Assembly: GCA_035512955.1 (NCBI GenBank)
Contig: DATKCZ010000002.1
Coordinates: 22,242-86,241 of the forward strand
Origin: Acidimicrobiia bacterium
GTDB lineage: Bacteria > Actinomycetota > Acidimicrobiia > Spongiisociales > ZC4RG35
Direction of reading: 5' to 3'
DNA length: 64,000 nt
The notes under the pieces are model-generated. The model ran no database searches. It had not been told where the DNA came from and worked only from the letters and a program-made list of their open reading frames with translations. The translations under genes and the position numbers were made by a program. Every line of letters starts with the position of its first letter. The first letter of the stretch is position 1. Positions 45,416-55,305 of this stretch are shown piece after piece.

Positions 45416-47869
45416 TCAGTCCTGCATCTTCTCGAAAGCCTCCGAGAAGCTCTGGGCGGCCTTGCGGCGTCCTCCGGATGACTTCTCATCGCTTCCCTCG
45501 GTGGCTTGGCGAGGCTCGCCACGGTGACGACCCTGGTCGCCCCGGTCGCCCCGGTCACCACGCCCACCACGGTCGCCCCGACCTCGGTCTGCGTCGTCAC
45601 GGCCACCGCGATCACGGCCACCTCCGCCACCACCCGACTGGCCATCGCCGTTGGGCAAGGTGGCACCGGGTAGGGCATCGACCAGTTCGAGACTGACCTT
45701 GCCCCGATCGATCTCACGGACCCGGACCGCGAGCTCATCGCCCTCGGACAGGTAGTCCTCCACCCGCTCGACCCGCTTTGAGCCGTCGAGACGTGAGATG
45801 TGAAGGAGACCGTCACGACCAGGGAGGATGTTGACGAAGGCACCGAACTTGGTGATGTTGACCACCCTGCCCTCGTAGGTAGCCCCCACCTCGGCCTCGG
45901 GCGGGAAGGCGATCTGGGTCACCCTCTCCTTGGCCGCGGCCAGGGCCTCACCGTCGTTGGAGGCGATCCTGACGATGCCGACCCCGTTTGCCTCTTCGAT
46001 CTCGATGTTTGCGCCGGTCTGCTCTTCGAGCTCGCGGATGACCGCACCCTTTGGTCCGATGACCTCGCCGATCTTGTCTTTGGGGATCTCGATCGACTCG
46101 ATGCGGGGCGCCCACTTGTTCATCTCCTCGCGCGGAGCGGCGATCACCTCGGCCATGGCGTCGAGGATGAAGAGCCGGGCTTCGCGCGCCTGATTCAACG
46201 CCGACTCCAGGACTTCGGACGGAAGACCCTGGATCTTGGTGTCGAGTTGGAGGGCCGTGATCATGTCGGCTGTCCCGGCCACCTTGAAGTCCATGTCACC
46301 AAGCGCATCCTCGGCCCCGAGGATGTCGGTCAGGGTGACGTACTCGTCGCCCTCGTGGATCAAGCCCATGGCGATCCCGGCGACCGGCGCGCTGATCGGC
46401 ACACCGGCGTCCATCATCGACAGCGAGGACCCACAGACCGCGGCCATCGACGAAGAGCCGTTGGAGGCGAGGACCTCGGAGACCAGACGCAGTGCATATG
46501 GGAAGTCATCCGATGAGGGGACCACCGGAAGCAGCGCCTTCTCGGCGAGGGCGCCGTGACCGATCTCCCGGCGTTTCGGGCCCCGCATGAACCCTGCCTC
46601 ACCGGTCGAGAACGGTGGGAAGTTGTAGTGGTGCATGTAGCGCTTCGACTCGGCCAGGTCGAGCGTGTCGAGCATCTGCTCCATCTTGAGCATCCCCAGC
46701 GTTGTGATGTTGAGGACCTGGGTCTCCCCTCGCTGGAAGAGCGCCGAGCCGTGGGTCCTGTCGATGGCACCCACCTCGATGGTGAGGGGCCGGATGTCGG
46801 TGGCGCCGCGACCGTCCATGCGAACGCTCTGTTCGACCACGCGCTTGCGCGCCATCTTCTTGAACGCGGTGCGGAAGGCGTTCTTGACTTGCTGGAGGGT
46901 TTCGGTGTCATCCTCGGCGATGTCGAGCTCGGCGATGACCGCGGCGAGGGCCCCTGCCTCGGCCTCTTGGCGCTCGTGCTTTGCGGATATCTCGAGCACC
47001 GGGGCGATACGGACCGGGGCGGCGGCCTCGACACGGGCATAGATCTCCTCGGTGTAGTCGGCAGCGGTCGGCCACTCGACCTCACGGACCTCGACCTTGG
47101 AGACCAGCTCCAGTTGGAGGTCGATCAGCTCGGCGATGTAACGCTTCGACTCTTCGAGACCCTGGGCCACTGCCTGCTCGTCTGAGGGGCGATCACCGGC
47201 GGCGACCAGACGGATGCCGTCTTCGGTGGCCCCGGCCTCCACCATGACTATGTCGATCTCACCGCTTCCGTTGCGGCGACCCGCCACCACGAGCTCGAAG
47301 ACTGCCTCGTCGAGGTCGGCTTCGGTGGGAAATACGATCCACTCCCCCTTCTTGAGGGCGAGTCGGACACCACCGAGCGGGCCTACGAACGGGATCGAGC
47401 TGACGCTCAGCGCGGCCGACGCCCCGTTGAGGGCGACGACGTCGAAGGGGTTCTCCTGGTCCACCGCCAGCGAGGTGACCACGATGTGGGTCTCGTTGCG
47501 GTAGCCGTCCCTGAACGATGGGCGGAGGGGACGGTCGATGAGTCGGCAGGTGAGGATGGCCTGCTCGGAGGGCCGACCCTCACGGCGGAAGAACGATCCG
47601 GGGATGCGTCCCACCGAGTACATCCGCTCCTCGAAATCGACGGTGAGGGGGAAGAAGTCGACACCTTCCCTTGGCTTCATGTTGGCTGTGGCGGTTACCA
47701 GCATTTCGGTACCGCCGAGTTTGGCGACGACGGCTCCGTTCGCCTGACCGGCGAGTTTGCCGGTGCTCAGGACGAGCTCTTTGCCGCCGATGTTGCCTCT
47801 TACAGAGGTTTCGGGCACTACGTGCTCCTTCATCTTGTATGGGAGCCCTCGCCCGTTGGCAGTGGTCAT
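45416..47869 (-). CDS. pnp: Polyribonucleotide nucleotidyltransferase (PNPase) with Arg/Gly/Asp-rich C-terminal tail
   Basis: Two RNase PH domains, KH and S1 ([30 protein letters not shown]). 817 aa. An alternative start lies at ATG 47833. Confidence 0.93.
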   Translation of the reverse strand: MTTANGRGLPYKMKEHVVPETSVRGNIGGKELVLSTGKLAGQANGAVVAKLGGTEMLVTATANMKPREGVDFFPLTVDFEERMYSVGRIPGSFFRREGRPSEQAILTCRLIDRPLRPSFRDGYRNETHIVVTSLAVDQENPFDVVALNGASAALSVSSIPFVGPLGGVRLALKKGEWIVFPTEADLDEAVFELVVAGRRNGSGEIDIVMVEAGATEDGIRLVAAGDRPSDEQAVAQGLEESKRYIAELIDLQLELVSKVEVREVEWPTAADYTEEIYARVEAAAPVRIAPVLEISAKHERQEAEAGALAAVIAELDIAEDDTETLQQVKNAFRTAFKKMARKRVVEQSVRMDGRGATDIRPLTIEVGAIDRTHGSALFQRGETQVLNITTLGMLKMEQMLDTLDLAESKRYMHHYNFPPFSTGEAGFMRGPKRREIGHGALAEKALLPVVPSSDDFPYALRLVSEVLASNGSSSMAAVCGSSLSMMDAGVPISAPVAGIAMGLIHEGDEYVTLTDILGAEDALGDMDFKVAGTADMITALQLDTKIQGLPSEVLESALNQAREARLFILDAMAEVIAAPREEMNKWAPRIESIEIPKDKIGEVIGPKGAVIRELEEQTGANIEIEEANGVGIVRIASNDGEALAAAKERVTQIAFPPEAEVGATYEGRVVNITKFGAFVNILPGRDGLLHISRLDGSKRVERVEDYLSEGDELAVRVREIDRGKVSLELVDALPGATLPNGDGQSGGGGGGRDRGGRDDADRGRGDRGGRGDRGDRGDQGRHRGEPRQATEGSDEKSSGGRRKAAQSFSEAFEKMQD

Positions 47870-47889
47870 GTCTCCCTAGGGGGAGACAT
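47868..47889 (-). promoter_or_regulatory. pnp leader hairpin occluding the SD-like GGGAGA and the annotated AUG
   Basis: The minus-strand RNA AUGUCUCCC-CCUA-GGGAGACAU forms a 9-bp stem. The last two nucleotides of the 3' arm are the AU of the pnp AUG (47869-47867). Confidence 0.5.
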
Positions 47890-47948
47890 CGCCACTGACA
47901 ACCGACGTGGCTCTCTTCTCCGGGACCCGGTTGGGCCCCTTATGTACA

Positions 47949-47973
47949 TGAGGAGCGGGTTGACCGCTCCTCA
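47949..47973 (-). terminator. rpsO terminator / pnp leader hairpin
   Basis: TGAGGAGCGG-GTTGA-CCGCTCCTCA is a perfect 10-bp stem that begins 9 nt after the rpsO stop. There is no clear U-tract. Confidence 0.6.
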
Positions 47974-47981
47974 CGAATCCT

Positions 47982-48239
47982 TCAGCGCCGCAGGCCTAGC
48001 TTGGCGATGAGGCTTCTGTACCTCTCCACGTCTTCTCGACGCAGATAGTCCAGGAGTCTCCTGCGCTTGCCAACCATGAGCAGCAGACCACGACGGCTGT
48101 GGTGGTCGTGCTTATGATCGCGAAGATGCTCGGTCAGCTGATTGATCCGCTCGGTGAGCAGTGCGACCTGTACCTCCGGTGAGCCTGTGTCGCTCCCGTG
48201 GGTGCCGAACTCTTCGACGATCTCAGTGGTTGTCTTCAT
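47982..48239 (-). CDS. rpsO: 30S ribosomal protein S15
   Basis: [44 protein letters not shown]. Confidence 0.95.
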   Translation of the reverse strand: MKTTTEIVEEFGTHGSDTGSPEVQVALLTERINQLTEHLRDHKHDHHSRRGLLLMVGKRRRLLDYLRREDVERYRSLIAKLGLRR

Positions 48240-48302
48240 TGCGCGTAAGACCTGAAGTGATGTGGGGATCCTCTCGAACTGTAACAGCTTCGCATCTCAA
48301 TC

Positions 48303-49229
48303 TCATATTCTCGACCTCGCACCCTCGAGGATGGACCGGGTCTCGGTGACGTCCCGTCCCATCTGGGAGACGAGATCGGCGACACCTGCGAATTTCAGCT
48401 CGGGCCTGATGTATTCGACGAACTCGGTGGTCAGGTCGTGGCCGTAGATGCTCTCGTCGAAGTCGAGGATGAACGCTTCGGCGAGCAGCTCGCCGCCGCC
48501 GAACGTAGGCCGGACGCCGACGTTGACCGCAGCATCGTGGCGCTCGCCGCCAACCGTGGCGAAACAGGCGTAGACACCCGTGGCGGGCACCACCTTGCGA
48601 TCGGGGGGCCGCAGGTTGGCGGTGGGGAATCCGATCTCGCGCCCTCTCTCGTCACCCGGCACCACCGTGTTGGTGACGGTGAACCACGAGCCGAGGAGTC
48701 GAGCGGCGTCGCTCACCCGGCCCGCCTCGATCAGCTCGCGGATCCGGCTGGAGGAGACCGCCGCCCCATCGTCGGCGACGAGGTCGCTCCTCTCCACCTC
48801 GAACCCGAGATCGGGGCCCATCCTCTCCAGCAGACCGACATCCCCGGAACGGTCCCTCCCGAAGCGAAAGTCGTCACCGACCACGATGTGGCTGGTGGCC
48901 AGCTTCCCGACCAGCACCTCCTCGACGAAATCCTCCGGTCTCAGAGATCTGATCTCGGCGAGATCGAGTACCCCGACCTGTTCGACACCGGTGCCGGCGA
49001 GCAGCGCGATCCGCTCGTCGATCGTGGTGATCAGCCGCGGGGCGGTACCGGGGCGGAGCACTTCTACCGGGTGGGGGTCGAAGGTCAGCACCGTCCTGGT
49101 CATGGACTCGTCCAACCGGGAGAGCAAGGAACGGTGCCCGACATGCACCCCGTCGAGCACGCCGATCGTCACCGAGGCCGGTCTCGACGACGCCTCCCAT
49201 CGGCGCCACGGCCCTTCGAGTCGAATCAC
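48303..49229 (-). CDS. ribF: Bifunctional riboflavin kinase / FMN adenylyltransferase
   Basis: IGVLDGVHVGHRSL, GFPTANL, and a C-terminal riboflavin kinase domain. 4-nt overlap with the truB stop. Confidence 0.9.
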   Translation of the reverse strand: MIRLEGPWRRWEASSRPASVTIGVLDGVHVGHRSLLSRLDESMTRTVLTFDPHPVEVLRPGTAPRLITTIDERIALLAGTGVEQVGVLDLAEIRSLRPEDFVEEVLVGKLATSHIVVGDDFRFGRDRSGDVGLLERMGPDLGFEVERSDLVADDGAAVSSSRIRELIEAGRVSDAARLLGSWFTVTNTVVPGDERGREIGFPTANLRPPDRKVVPATGVYACFATVGGERHDAAVNVGVRPTFGGGELLAEAFILDFDESIYGHDLTTEFVEYIRPELKFAGVADLVSQMGRDVTETRSILEGARSRI

Positions 49230-50101
49230 GAGGGCACCACCACCTCGGGCTCGGCCCGGTCGCCGACACGTCTGTAGACGGCGATGAGGTCGCCTCCGTC
49301 GGTCACCACCGCGTAGGGCTGGTCTATCGGCCCGGAGAGGATGGGGCCACCGACGAACCTGACACCGTTGCGCACTCCCCTGGCGGTTTCGTCGTCGACC
49401 GTCACAGTGGGCAAGGCGGCCAAGCCCTGCGACGGCGACATGAAATAGGACTGCCAGTTCCCCAGGTCGTCCATCGTCACCCCGTGGCTGGCCCGGAACG
49501 ACCCTATGCGGGTGCGACGCAGGGCCGTCAGATGGGCGCTGCCACCGAGAACGGCCGCCATGTCGTCGGCCAGCGAGCGCACGTATGTACCCTTGCCACA
49601 GACCACCCGGAACTCGACTTCGGGATAAGGAGGCGCTCCGACAGAGAGGATCTCCAGATCATATATCTCGACCTGACGTGCGTCCCTGTCAACGACCTCC
49701 CCCTCGCGGGCCAACTCGTAGAGCCGCCGGCCGTCCTTTTTCAAGGCGGAGACCATGGGGGGAATCTGGGAGACGGCCCCGGTGAAACGAGGCACCAGCG
49801 CCTCGACCTCCTCGGTGGTGACATCCATTGGCTCCCGGGAGAGGATGGCGCCGTCGGCGTCGAGAGTGTCGGTGGCCACGCCGAAGAGCGCGGTGGCGAC
49901 GTACTCCTTGGGCTGGTCCTGGATGTAGCGGATCAGTCGGGTGACCTTTCCGACCGCCAGGACCATTACTCCGGTCGCCATCGGGTCGAGGGTCCCGGCG
50001 TGTCCCACCTTCTTGATCCCGATCACCTTTCGAACGTTGCCGACCACCTGGTTGGAGGTGATGCCCTGCGGCTTGTCCACGACCAGAAAGCCTGAGGTCA
50101 C
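49226..50101 (-). CDS. truB: tRNA pseudouridine(55) synthase
   Basis: GFLVVDKPQGITSNQVV..VGHAGTLDPMATGVMVLAVG. Confidence 0.93.
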   Translation of the reverse strand: MTSGFLVVDKPQGITSNQVVGNVRKVIGIKKVGHAGTLDPMATGVMVLAVGKVTRLIRYIQDQPKEYVATALFGVATDTLDADGAILSREPMDVTTEEVEALVPRFTGAVSQIPPMVSALKKDGRRLYELAREGEVVDRDARQVEIYDLEILSVGAPPYPEVEFRVVCGKGTYVRSLADDMAAVLGGSAHLTALRRTRIGSFRASHGVTMDDLGNWQSYFMSPSQGLAALPTVTVDDETARGVRNGVRFVGGPILSGPIDQPYAVVTDGGDLIAVYRRVGDRAEPEVVVPS

Positions 50102-51072
50102 CGGTAGTCCCTGACTGAGCCGAGCACACCCTCGATCACTCTCTCCGGGTCGTCTTCGACGGTGAATCCCGCGGCGAGACGATGTCCCCCTCCTCCCATC
50201 GAGGCGGCGAGACCCCCGACGTCGGTGTCGCCCCGGGAGCGCATGCTCACCTTGACCCGTCCGTCGTCGTGAACCTTGGCCAGGACGGCGGTGTCGGCTT
50301 CGACTGCCAGACGGAGCCAGTCGATGAGGTTCTCGATGTCACCCCAGTCGATGCCGCTCGACTTCAGATCGTCATCGGTGATCGAGGTGGCCACCACCCC
50401 CAGGTCTTCATCGAGCGTTGCCCGGCCCAGTGCGAGCGAGGCTGCCTTGAGGAAGCCAAATGGCACTTGCTCGTAGACATGACGGCCGATGGTCCCCGGA
50501 TCGGCGCCCGCCTCGACCAGGGCGGCCCCGATGCGGAGAGTGCTCGGGGAGGTGTTCTGGTACATGAAGCGCCCGGTGTCGGTGACGATCCCGGCATGGA
50601 GGCACAGGGCGATCTCAGGTGTGATCTTCCACCCCAGGATCTCGAGGATGTGGTAGACGAGCTCGGCGGTGGCCCCCGCCGTGGGGTCGACGAGGGCGAT
50701 GTCGCCGAACCCCTCGTTGGTGACGTGATGGTCCACCACGAGCACAGTCCCAGCCTTACCGGCGCTCGCAGCCAGCTCACCGATGCGATCCGGTGAGCCC
50801 ACGTCGAGGACCACCATCAGCTCCGGCGACTCGGGGAAGTGCTGGGGGGCCACCAGCAGCTCTGCGGGGAGAAACGAAAGGCTGGGGGGCACGACGAACG
50901 GTGAGCCGAAACTGGCCACGACCTCCTTACCCACGTTGGAGGCGGCGATGCCCAGCCCGAGCATCGAACCGAGGGCGTCGCCGTCGGGCCCGACATGACA
51001 GGCCAGGGCGACTTCGTCGGCATCGGCCAGGGCGGCCGCGGCGCGTTCGAGAAGCTCCCGGTCGGGCATCAC
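50098..51072 (-). CDS. nrnA: DHH/DHHA1 phosphoesterase (NrnA-type oligoribonuclease/pAp phosphatase)
   Basis: CHVGPDGDALGS, VVDHH and GGGHRLAAG. It sits at the conserved position between rbfA and truB. Confidence 0.85.
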   Translation of the reverse strand: MMPDRELLERAAAALADADEVALACHVGPDGDALGSMLGLGIAASNVGKEVVASFGSPFVVPPSLSFLPAELLVAPQHFPESPELMVVLDVGSPDRIGELAASAGKAGTVLVVDHHVTNEGFGDIALVDPTAGATAELVYHILEILGWKITPEIALCLHAGIVTDTGRFMYQNTSPSTLRIGAALVEAGADPGTIGRHVYEQVPFGFLKAASLALGRATLDEDLGVVATSITDDDLKSSGIDWGDIENLIDWLRLAVEADTAVLAKVHDDGRVKVSMRSRGDTDVGGLAASMGGGGHRLAAGFTVEDDPERVIEGVLGSVRDYR

Positions 51073-51416
51073 TCCTCCTCCTCGTTGGGGTTGAGAGACC
51101 TGAGGATCTGATCGATCCGCTCCCCGCCGATGATCCCGGGGTCGACGGCGAACTCCAGAGTCGGCGTGTATTTGATGCGAACCTCATGCCCGATCACCGA
51201 TTGGAGCCGTTTCGCCGCTCCGCGCAGCGCGGCCAGGGCGTCTTCTTGGTCGTCTCTGCCCAGGACGTCGATGAAGACCGTGGCCTGACGAAGGTTTGGG
51301 GCGGTCTCGACCGCGGTCACCGAGACGAGCTCGAGCCGGGAATCACTCATTCTCTCGATCTCATCGGCGAGCACCTCACGGATTGTGGAGTTGACACGCA
51401 ACATGCGGTCGCTCAT
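51069..51416 (-). CDS. rbfA: Ribosome-binding factor A
   Basis: RMLRVNSTIREVLADEIER..VSVTAVETAPNLRQATVFI. ATG 51416 lies after the infB stop, and the track ORF runs to 51464. Confidence 0.9.
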   Translation of the reverse strand: MSDRMLRVNSTIREVLADEIERMSDSRLELVSVTAVETAPNLRQATVFIDVLGRDDQEDALAALRGAAKRLQSVIGHEVRIKYTPTLEFAVDPGIIGGERIDQILRSLNPNEEEE

Positions 51417-51435
51417 TGCCGACTCTCCCAGCTGA

Positions 51436-53508
51436 TCAGGTGCGGGCGACCTCGCGAACCACATAGACCTCGATGTGATCGCCGTCCTTGATGTCGTTGT
51501 AGTCCTCGAATCCCATACCGCATTCGAAACCGGACTGGACCTCGCGAACGTCGTCCTTGAATCGCTTCAGCGACGAGATGACACCATCGTGGATCACCAC
51601 GCCGTCACGGAGAAGCCGCGCCTTGGCACCTCGCTGCACCACACCTTCGATCACGTAACATCCGGCCACCGTCCCGCTCCTGGGCACCTTGAACGTCGCC
51701 CGGACCTCGGCGGTGCCGAGGATCACCTCTTCCTCATCGGGTGCCAGCTGGCCAACCAGCATCTGCTCGATCTCATCGAGCAGCTCGTAGATGATCCCGT
51801 AGGTGCGGATCTCCACACCCCCCGCCTCGGCGGCACGACGGGCCTTGGGCTCGGGCCGGACGTTGAACCCGACGATCACCGCGTCGGTGACCTCGGCGAG
51901 GGTGACGTCGTTCTCGCTGATGCCGCCGACCGCGGTGTGGACGATCTGGATCTTTCCCCCCTCCCGCTCGATCTTGGCGATCGACTCGCGCAGGGCCTCG
52001 AGCGATCCCTGGGCGTCGGCCTTGACGATGATGTTCAGCGTGGCGTCCTCGCTTCTCAGCTGCTCGAGCAGGCCTTGGAGACGGTCTCTGGCCGAGGGGG
52101 CGGCATGTGCCTCGACCCGCTCTTCCTCCTGACGGTCCGCGGCGAGCTTGCGGGCCTCCCGGTCGCTCTCCTGGACTTCGAAGAAGTCACCGGCGGCGGG
52201 AACGTCGTCCCACCCCATGATCTGAACTGGGTCCGAGGGCCCCGCGCTCTCCACCCGGTCACCCTGGTCGTTCATCAGCGCCCGGGCACGGCCCGAGATG
52301 GGCCCGGCGACGAAGGCGTCGCCCTGGCGCAAGGTGCCACGCTGGACGATGACGGTGGCCACCGGGCCCCGACCCACTTCGAGCTGGGCCTCGACGACCA
52401 CTCCCGTGGCGGACGGTTTGGGGTTGGCCCTGAAGTCCTCGAGCTGGGCGATCAGGTCGATCACCTCGAGAAGGTCGTTGACCCCTTCACCATTGAGGGC
52501 GGAGACCTCCACCGACGGCACGTCGCCGCCGAGCTCTTCGGTCACCACCCCGTGATTGGTCATCTCGGTGCGAACCCGGAGAGGGTCGGCGCCGGGAATA
52601 TCCATCTTGTTGATGGCCACGATCATCTTGACCCCGGCCGCATTGGCGTGGGAGACGGCTTCGACGGTCTGGGGCATCACCCCGTCGTCGGCCGCCACCA
52701 CCAGGACCACGATGTCGGTGATGTTCGCCCCACGGGCGCGCAGAGCGGTGAACGCCTCGTGGCCCGGGGTGTCGATGAAGGTGATCAGCCGGTCATTCAC
52801 GTCGACCTGATAAGCACCGATGTGCTGGGTGATCCCGCCTTCCTCATCCTCGACCACATGGGCCTTTCGAATGGTGTCGAGCAGCGTGGTCTTGCCGTGG
52901 TCGACGTGGCCCATGACGGTCACCACCGGTGGTCTCGGCGCCAAATCCGCCTCGTCGTCCTCGAACTCGGGCTGAACGGCCACCGCGGGGGCGGGAACGG
53001 TCTCCTCGATATCGACGATGTAACCGAAACCCTCGGCGATCTCATCGACGAGATCGGTCGGCATCTGTTGGCCGGCGCCTGCAGGGATTCCCTTGTTGAG
53101 CAGGGTCTCGACGATCTCCCCGACAGGTTGGCCGATCGCCTCGGCGAACTCGGCGACGCTGGCGCCCTCCCGTATCATCGCGATGCTCACCTCGGCCGGC
53201 TCAGCGGCTTCGGTGGCCGGTACCAACAACCCCTCGACGATGGACAGCTCTGTTGCCGGCTGCCCGACGACGGGCTCCTCCGCCGCGCCCGGCATCATGG
53301 CCGTCGCCTCCTCGGGGGCGGCGAGCGTCTCGCCGGCGATGGCGTCGGGAACCTCGGCCTCGGAGCTGAAGGCGAGCCGGAGGAGATCGGCGCCCTCGTG
53401 GCCGATCCCCGACGAAGCGGTCTTCAGGTCGAGTCCGAGCTCCTGGGCTTGAGCCAGGACCTCCTTCGAGTCGATGCCCAACTCACGGGCGAGTTCATAA
53501 ACCCTCAT
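51436..53508 (-). CDS. infB: Translation initiation factor IF-2
   Basis: N-terminal [11 protein letters not shown] and the G domain [24 protein letters not shown] and NKMD. Confidence 0.95.
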   Translation of the reverse strand: MRVYELARELGIDSKEVLAQAQELGLDLKTASSGIGHEGADLLRLAFSSEAEVPDAIAGETLAAPEEATAMMPGAAEEPVVGQPATELSIVEGLLVPATEAAEPAEVSIAMIREGASVAEFAEAIGQPVGEIVETLLNKGIPAGAGQQMPTDLVDEIAEGFGYIVDIEETVPAPAVAVQPEFEDDEADLAPRPPVVTVMGHVDHGKTTLLDTIRKAHVVEDEEGGITQHIGAYQVDVNDRLITFIDTPGHEAFTALRARGANITDIVVLVVAADDGVMPQTVEAVSHANAAGVKMIVAINKMDIPGADPLRVRTEMTNHGVVTEELGGDVPSVEVSALNGEGVNDLLEVIDLIAQLEDFRANPKPSATGVVVEAQLEVGRGPVATVIVQRGTLRQGDAFVAGPISGRARALMNDQGDRVESAGPSDPVQIMGWDDVPAAGDFFEVQESDREARKLAADRQEEERVEAHAAPSARDRLQGLLEQLRSEDATLNIIVKADAQGSLEALRESIAKIEREGGKIQIVHTAVGGISENDVTLAEVTDAVIVGFNVRPEPKARRAAEAGGVEIRTYGIIYELLDEIEQMLVGQLAPDEEEVILGTAEVRATFKVPRSGTVAGCYVIEGVVQRGAKARLLRDGVVIHDGVISSLKRFKDDVREVQSGFECGMGFEDYNDIKDGDHIEVYVVREVART

Positions 53509-53515
53509 TCAACGA

Positions 53516-54718
53516 TCACTCACTCTCGGTGTCGGTATCGGTGTCCGCGACCTCGTCTTCGTCATCGCCGGAAGGCTCTTCGGTCGTCATGTCCGTGGCT
53601 GCATCCTGGTACGCGATGGTCTCCGCCGTCTCTTCTGGCTTCGTCGCCTCGTCGGCGGCCTCCTCGGCCACCCCTGCAACGGCCGGCTCAACCGGGGCTT
53701 TCTTCTCGGCCGACTGCACCGCCGCTTCGGGGGCTTCGGTCTCGACACCCTCGATGTCGGAGCGGATGTCGACCTTGTATCCGGAGAGACGGGCGGCGAG
53801 GCGGGCGTTCTGCCCCTCTTTGCCTATCGCCAAGGACAGCTGGTGCTCGGAGACGATGACGTCGGCGGTCTTCTCCTCCTCATCGATCTTCACTTCCTTG
53901 ACCTTGGCCGGGCCCAATGCCTCGGCGATGAACTGGGCCACGTCGTCACGCCATTGCACCACATCGACCTTCTCACCGCGAAGCTCGTTGACCACCTGGC
54001 GGACACGGGATCCTCGAGCACCAACACAAGCGCCCTTCGGATCAACGTTCGGGTCGTGGGAGATGACTGCGATCTTGGTGCGGTGCCCCGGCTCACGGGC
54101 GATGTTGACTATCTCAACCGTCCCGTCGGTGAGCTCGGGGACCTCGAGCTCGAGGAGACGGCGGACCAGGTCGGGATGACTTCGGGAAACGACGATCTGG
54201 GCACCCTTTGTATCGTTGCGCACCTCGAGGATCAGCGCCTTGACCCGGTTGCCCCGATCGAGTCGCTCGAACGGGATCCGCTCGCTGCCAGGCAAGATCG
54301 CCTCGGCATCGCCCAGGTCGAGGATGACCGAGCGGTAGTCGACCTGTTGGACGATGCCCGTCACCAGATCGCCCTCGCGGCCCTCGTACATCTCATAGAC
54401 CTTCTCCCGCTTGGCCTCACGCAGCTTGAACTGCATGACCTGCTTGAAAGACTGTGCGGCTATGCGGCCGAAATCCTCCCCGTCAGGGGTGTCCTCCCAC
54501 TCGTCCACGACATTCCCGTCTTCGTCCAGCTCTTGGGCGTATACGGTCACTTCCCCAGACTCGGGATCGATGGTGACACGGGCCTCCTCGGCGGCTCCGG
54601 GACTGCGCTTGTATGCCGCCACCAGGGCGTTGGCGAAGGCGTCGAGGATCGCATCGACGGCAACACCTCGTTCTCGTGCGAGGACCTCTATGGCCTCCAT
54701 CATCGTGTCGAGCTTCAT
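53516..54718 (-). CDS. nusA: Transcription termination/antitermination factor NusA (acidic C-terminal tail)
   Basis: S1 and KH domains (IVQQVDYRSVILDLG, GACVGARGSRV, AIGKEGQNARLA). ATG 54718 gives an ATGA overlap with the rimP stop. The track ORF runs to 54760. Confidence 0.92.
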   Translation of the reverse strand: MKLDTMMEAIEVLARERGVAVDAILDAFANALVAAYKRSPGAAEEARVTIDPESGEVTVYAQELDEDGNVVDEWEDTPDGEDFGRIAAQSFKQVMQFKLREAKREKVYEMYEGREGDLVTGIVQQVDYRSVILDLGDAEAILPGSERIPFERLDRGNRVKALILEVRNDTKGAQIVVSRSHPDLVRRLLELEVPELTDGTVEIVNIAREPGHRTKIAVISHDPNVDPKGACVGARGSRVRQVVNELRGEKVDVVQWRDDVAQFIAEALGPAKVKEVKIDEEEKTADVIVSEHQLSLAIGKEGQNARLAARLSGYKVDIRSDIEGVETEAPEAAVQSAEKKAPVEPAVAGVAEEAADEATKPEETAETIAYQDAATDMTTEEPSGDDEDEVADTDTDTESE

Positions 54719-55200
54719 CTCTCTCCCCTTGACTGACCTGGCTTCGGCGCCTTTTCCCACCGGAACACGGTCTTGGCGCTGACCACGTCTTCGTAGGAAA
54801 CTCTGATCGGGCCCTGTTCGGCATCGACGGTGAAACCCGAGTCGTCCGCGTCGGCGAGAGTTCCTCGGCAGGTGGTCTTGTGATCGGTGATGGCGGTTTT
54901 CACCACCACTTCGCGCCCCATCGATTTCTGATAGTGCGAGGGGCGGCGCAGCTTTCGCTCCAGCCCCGGCGAGCTGACCTCGAGCTGGTACCGGTCCTGG
55001 AGCCCGGGCTCATCGTCGAGTAGACGGGAGAGACCTCGCGCCAGGTCGGCGAGCCGGTCCACCCCGAGACCTTCGCCATCGACGATGATGCGCAGTACCC
55101 GACCCCGCCCGCGGCCGGACAACTCGAGGTCATCGAGCTCGAGTCGCTCCGCAGCCAGGTATTGCTCTACCTGGCCCCAAATGTCAGTGACCTGGGTCAA
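54715..55200 (-). CDS. rimP: Ribosome maturation factor RimP
   Basis: LEVSSPGLERKLR motif and the conserved position upstream of nusA. TTG start with a GGAGAG SD. Confidence 0.88.
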   Translation of the reverse strand: MTQVTDIWGQVEQYLAAERLELDDLELSGRGRGRVLRIIVDGEGLGVDRLADLARGLSRLLDDEPGLQDRYQLEVSSPGLERKLRRPSHYQKSMGREVVVKTAITDHKTTCRGTLADADDSGFTVDAEQGPIRVSYEDVVSAKTVFRWEKAPKPGQSRGER

Positions 55201-55223
55201 TTCTTGAATCTCTCCACAGCAAA

Positions 55224-55250
55224 CAGGTGGGCGCCCAAGGCGCCCACCTG
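55224..55250 (-). terminator. Intrinsic terminator downstream of proS
   Basis: CAGGTGGGCGCC-CAA-GGCGCCCACCTG is a perfect 12-bp stem, followed on the minus strand by UUUGCUGUGG. Confidence 0.75.
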
Positions 55251-55305
55251 ACCGAAAAGCGTCCTGTTGTTGTGTAGGGATTATAAGTCCAAGCCGTTGC
55301 CTGGA

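Noticed and set aside
47866-47889. Seven-codon mini-ORF (AUG UCU CCC CCU AGG GAG ACA UGA) whose stop overlaps the pnp AUG
   Set aside because: The upstream AUG is an automatic consequence of the hairpin arm being complementary to ...CAU at the pnp start. There is no SD in front of it, and I see no independent support for translation.
51475-53859. 794-aa plus-strand ORF running antisense across all of infB and into nusA
   Set aside because: It lies exactly opposite two unmistakable housekeeping genes. Its translation is low-complexity (Arg/Gly/Asp/His/Leu-rich) with no motif. Stop-free antisense frames are expected in high-GC coding DNA.
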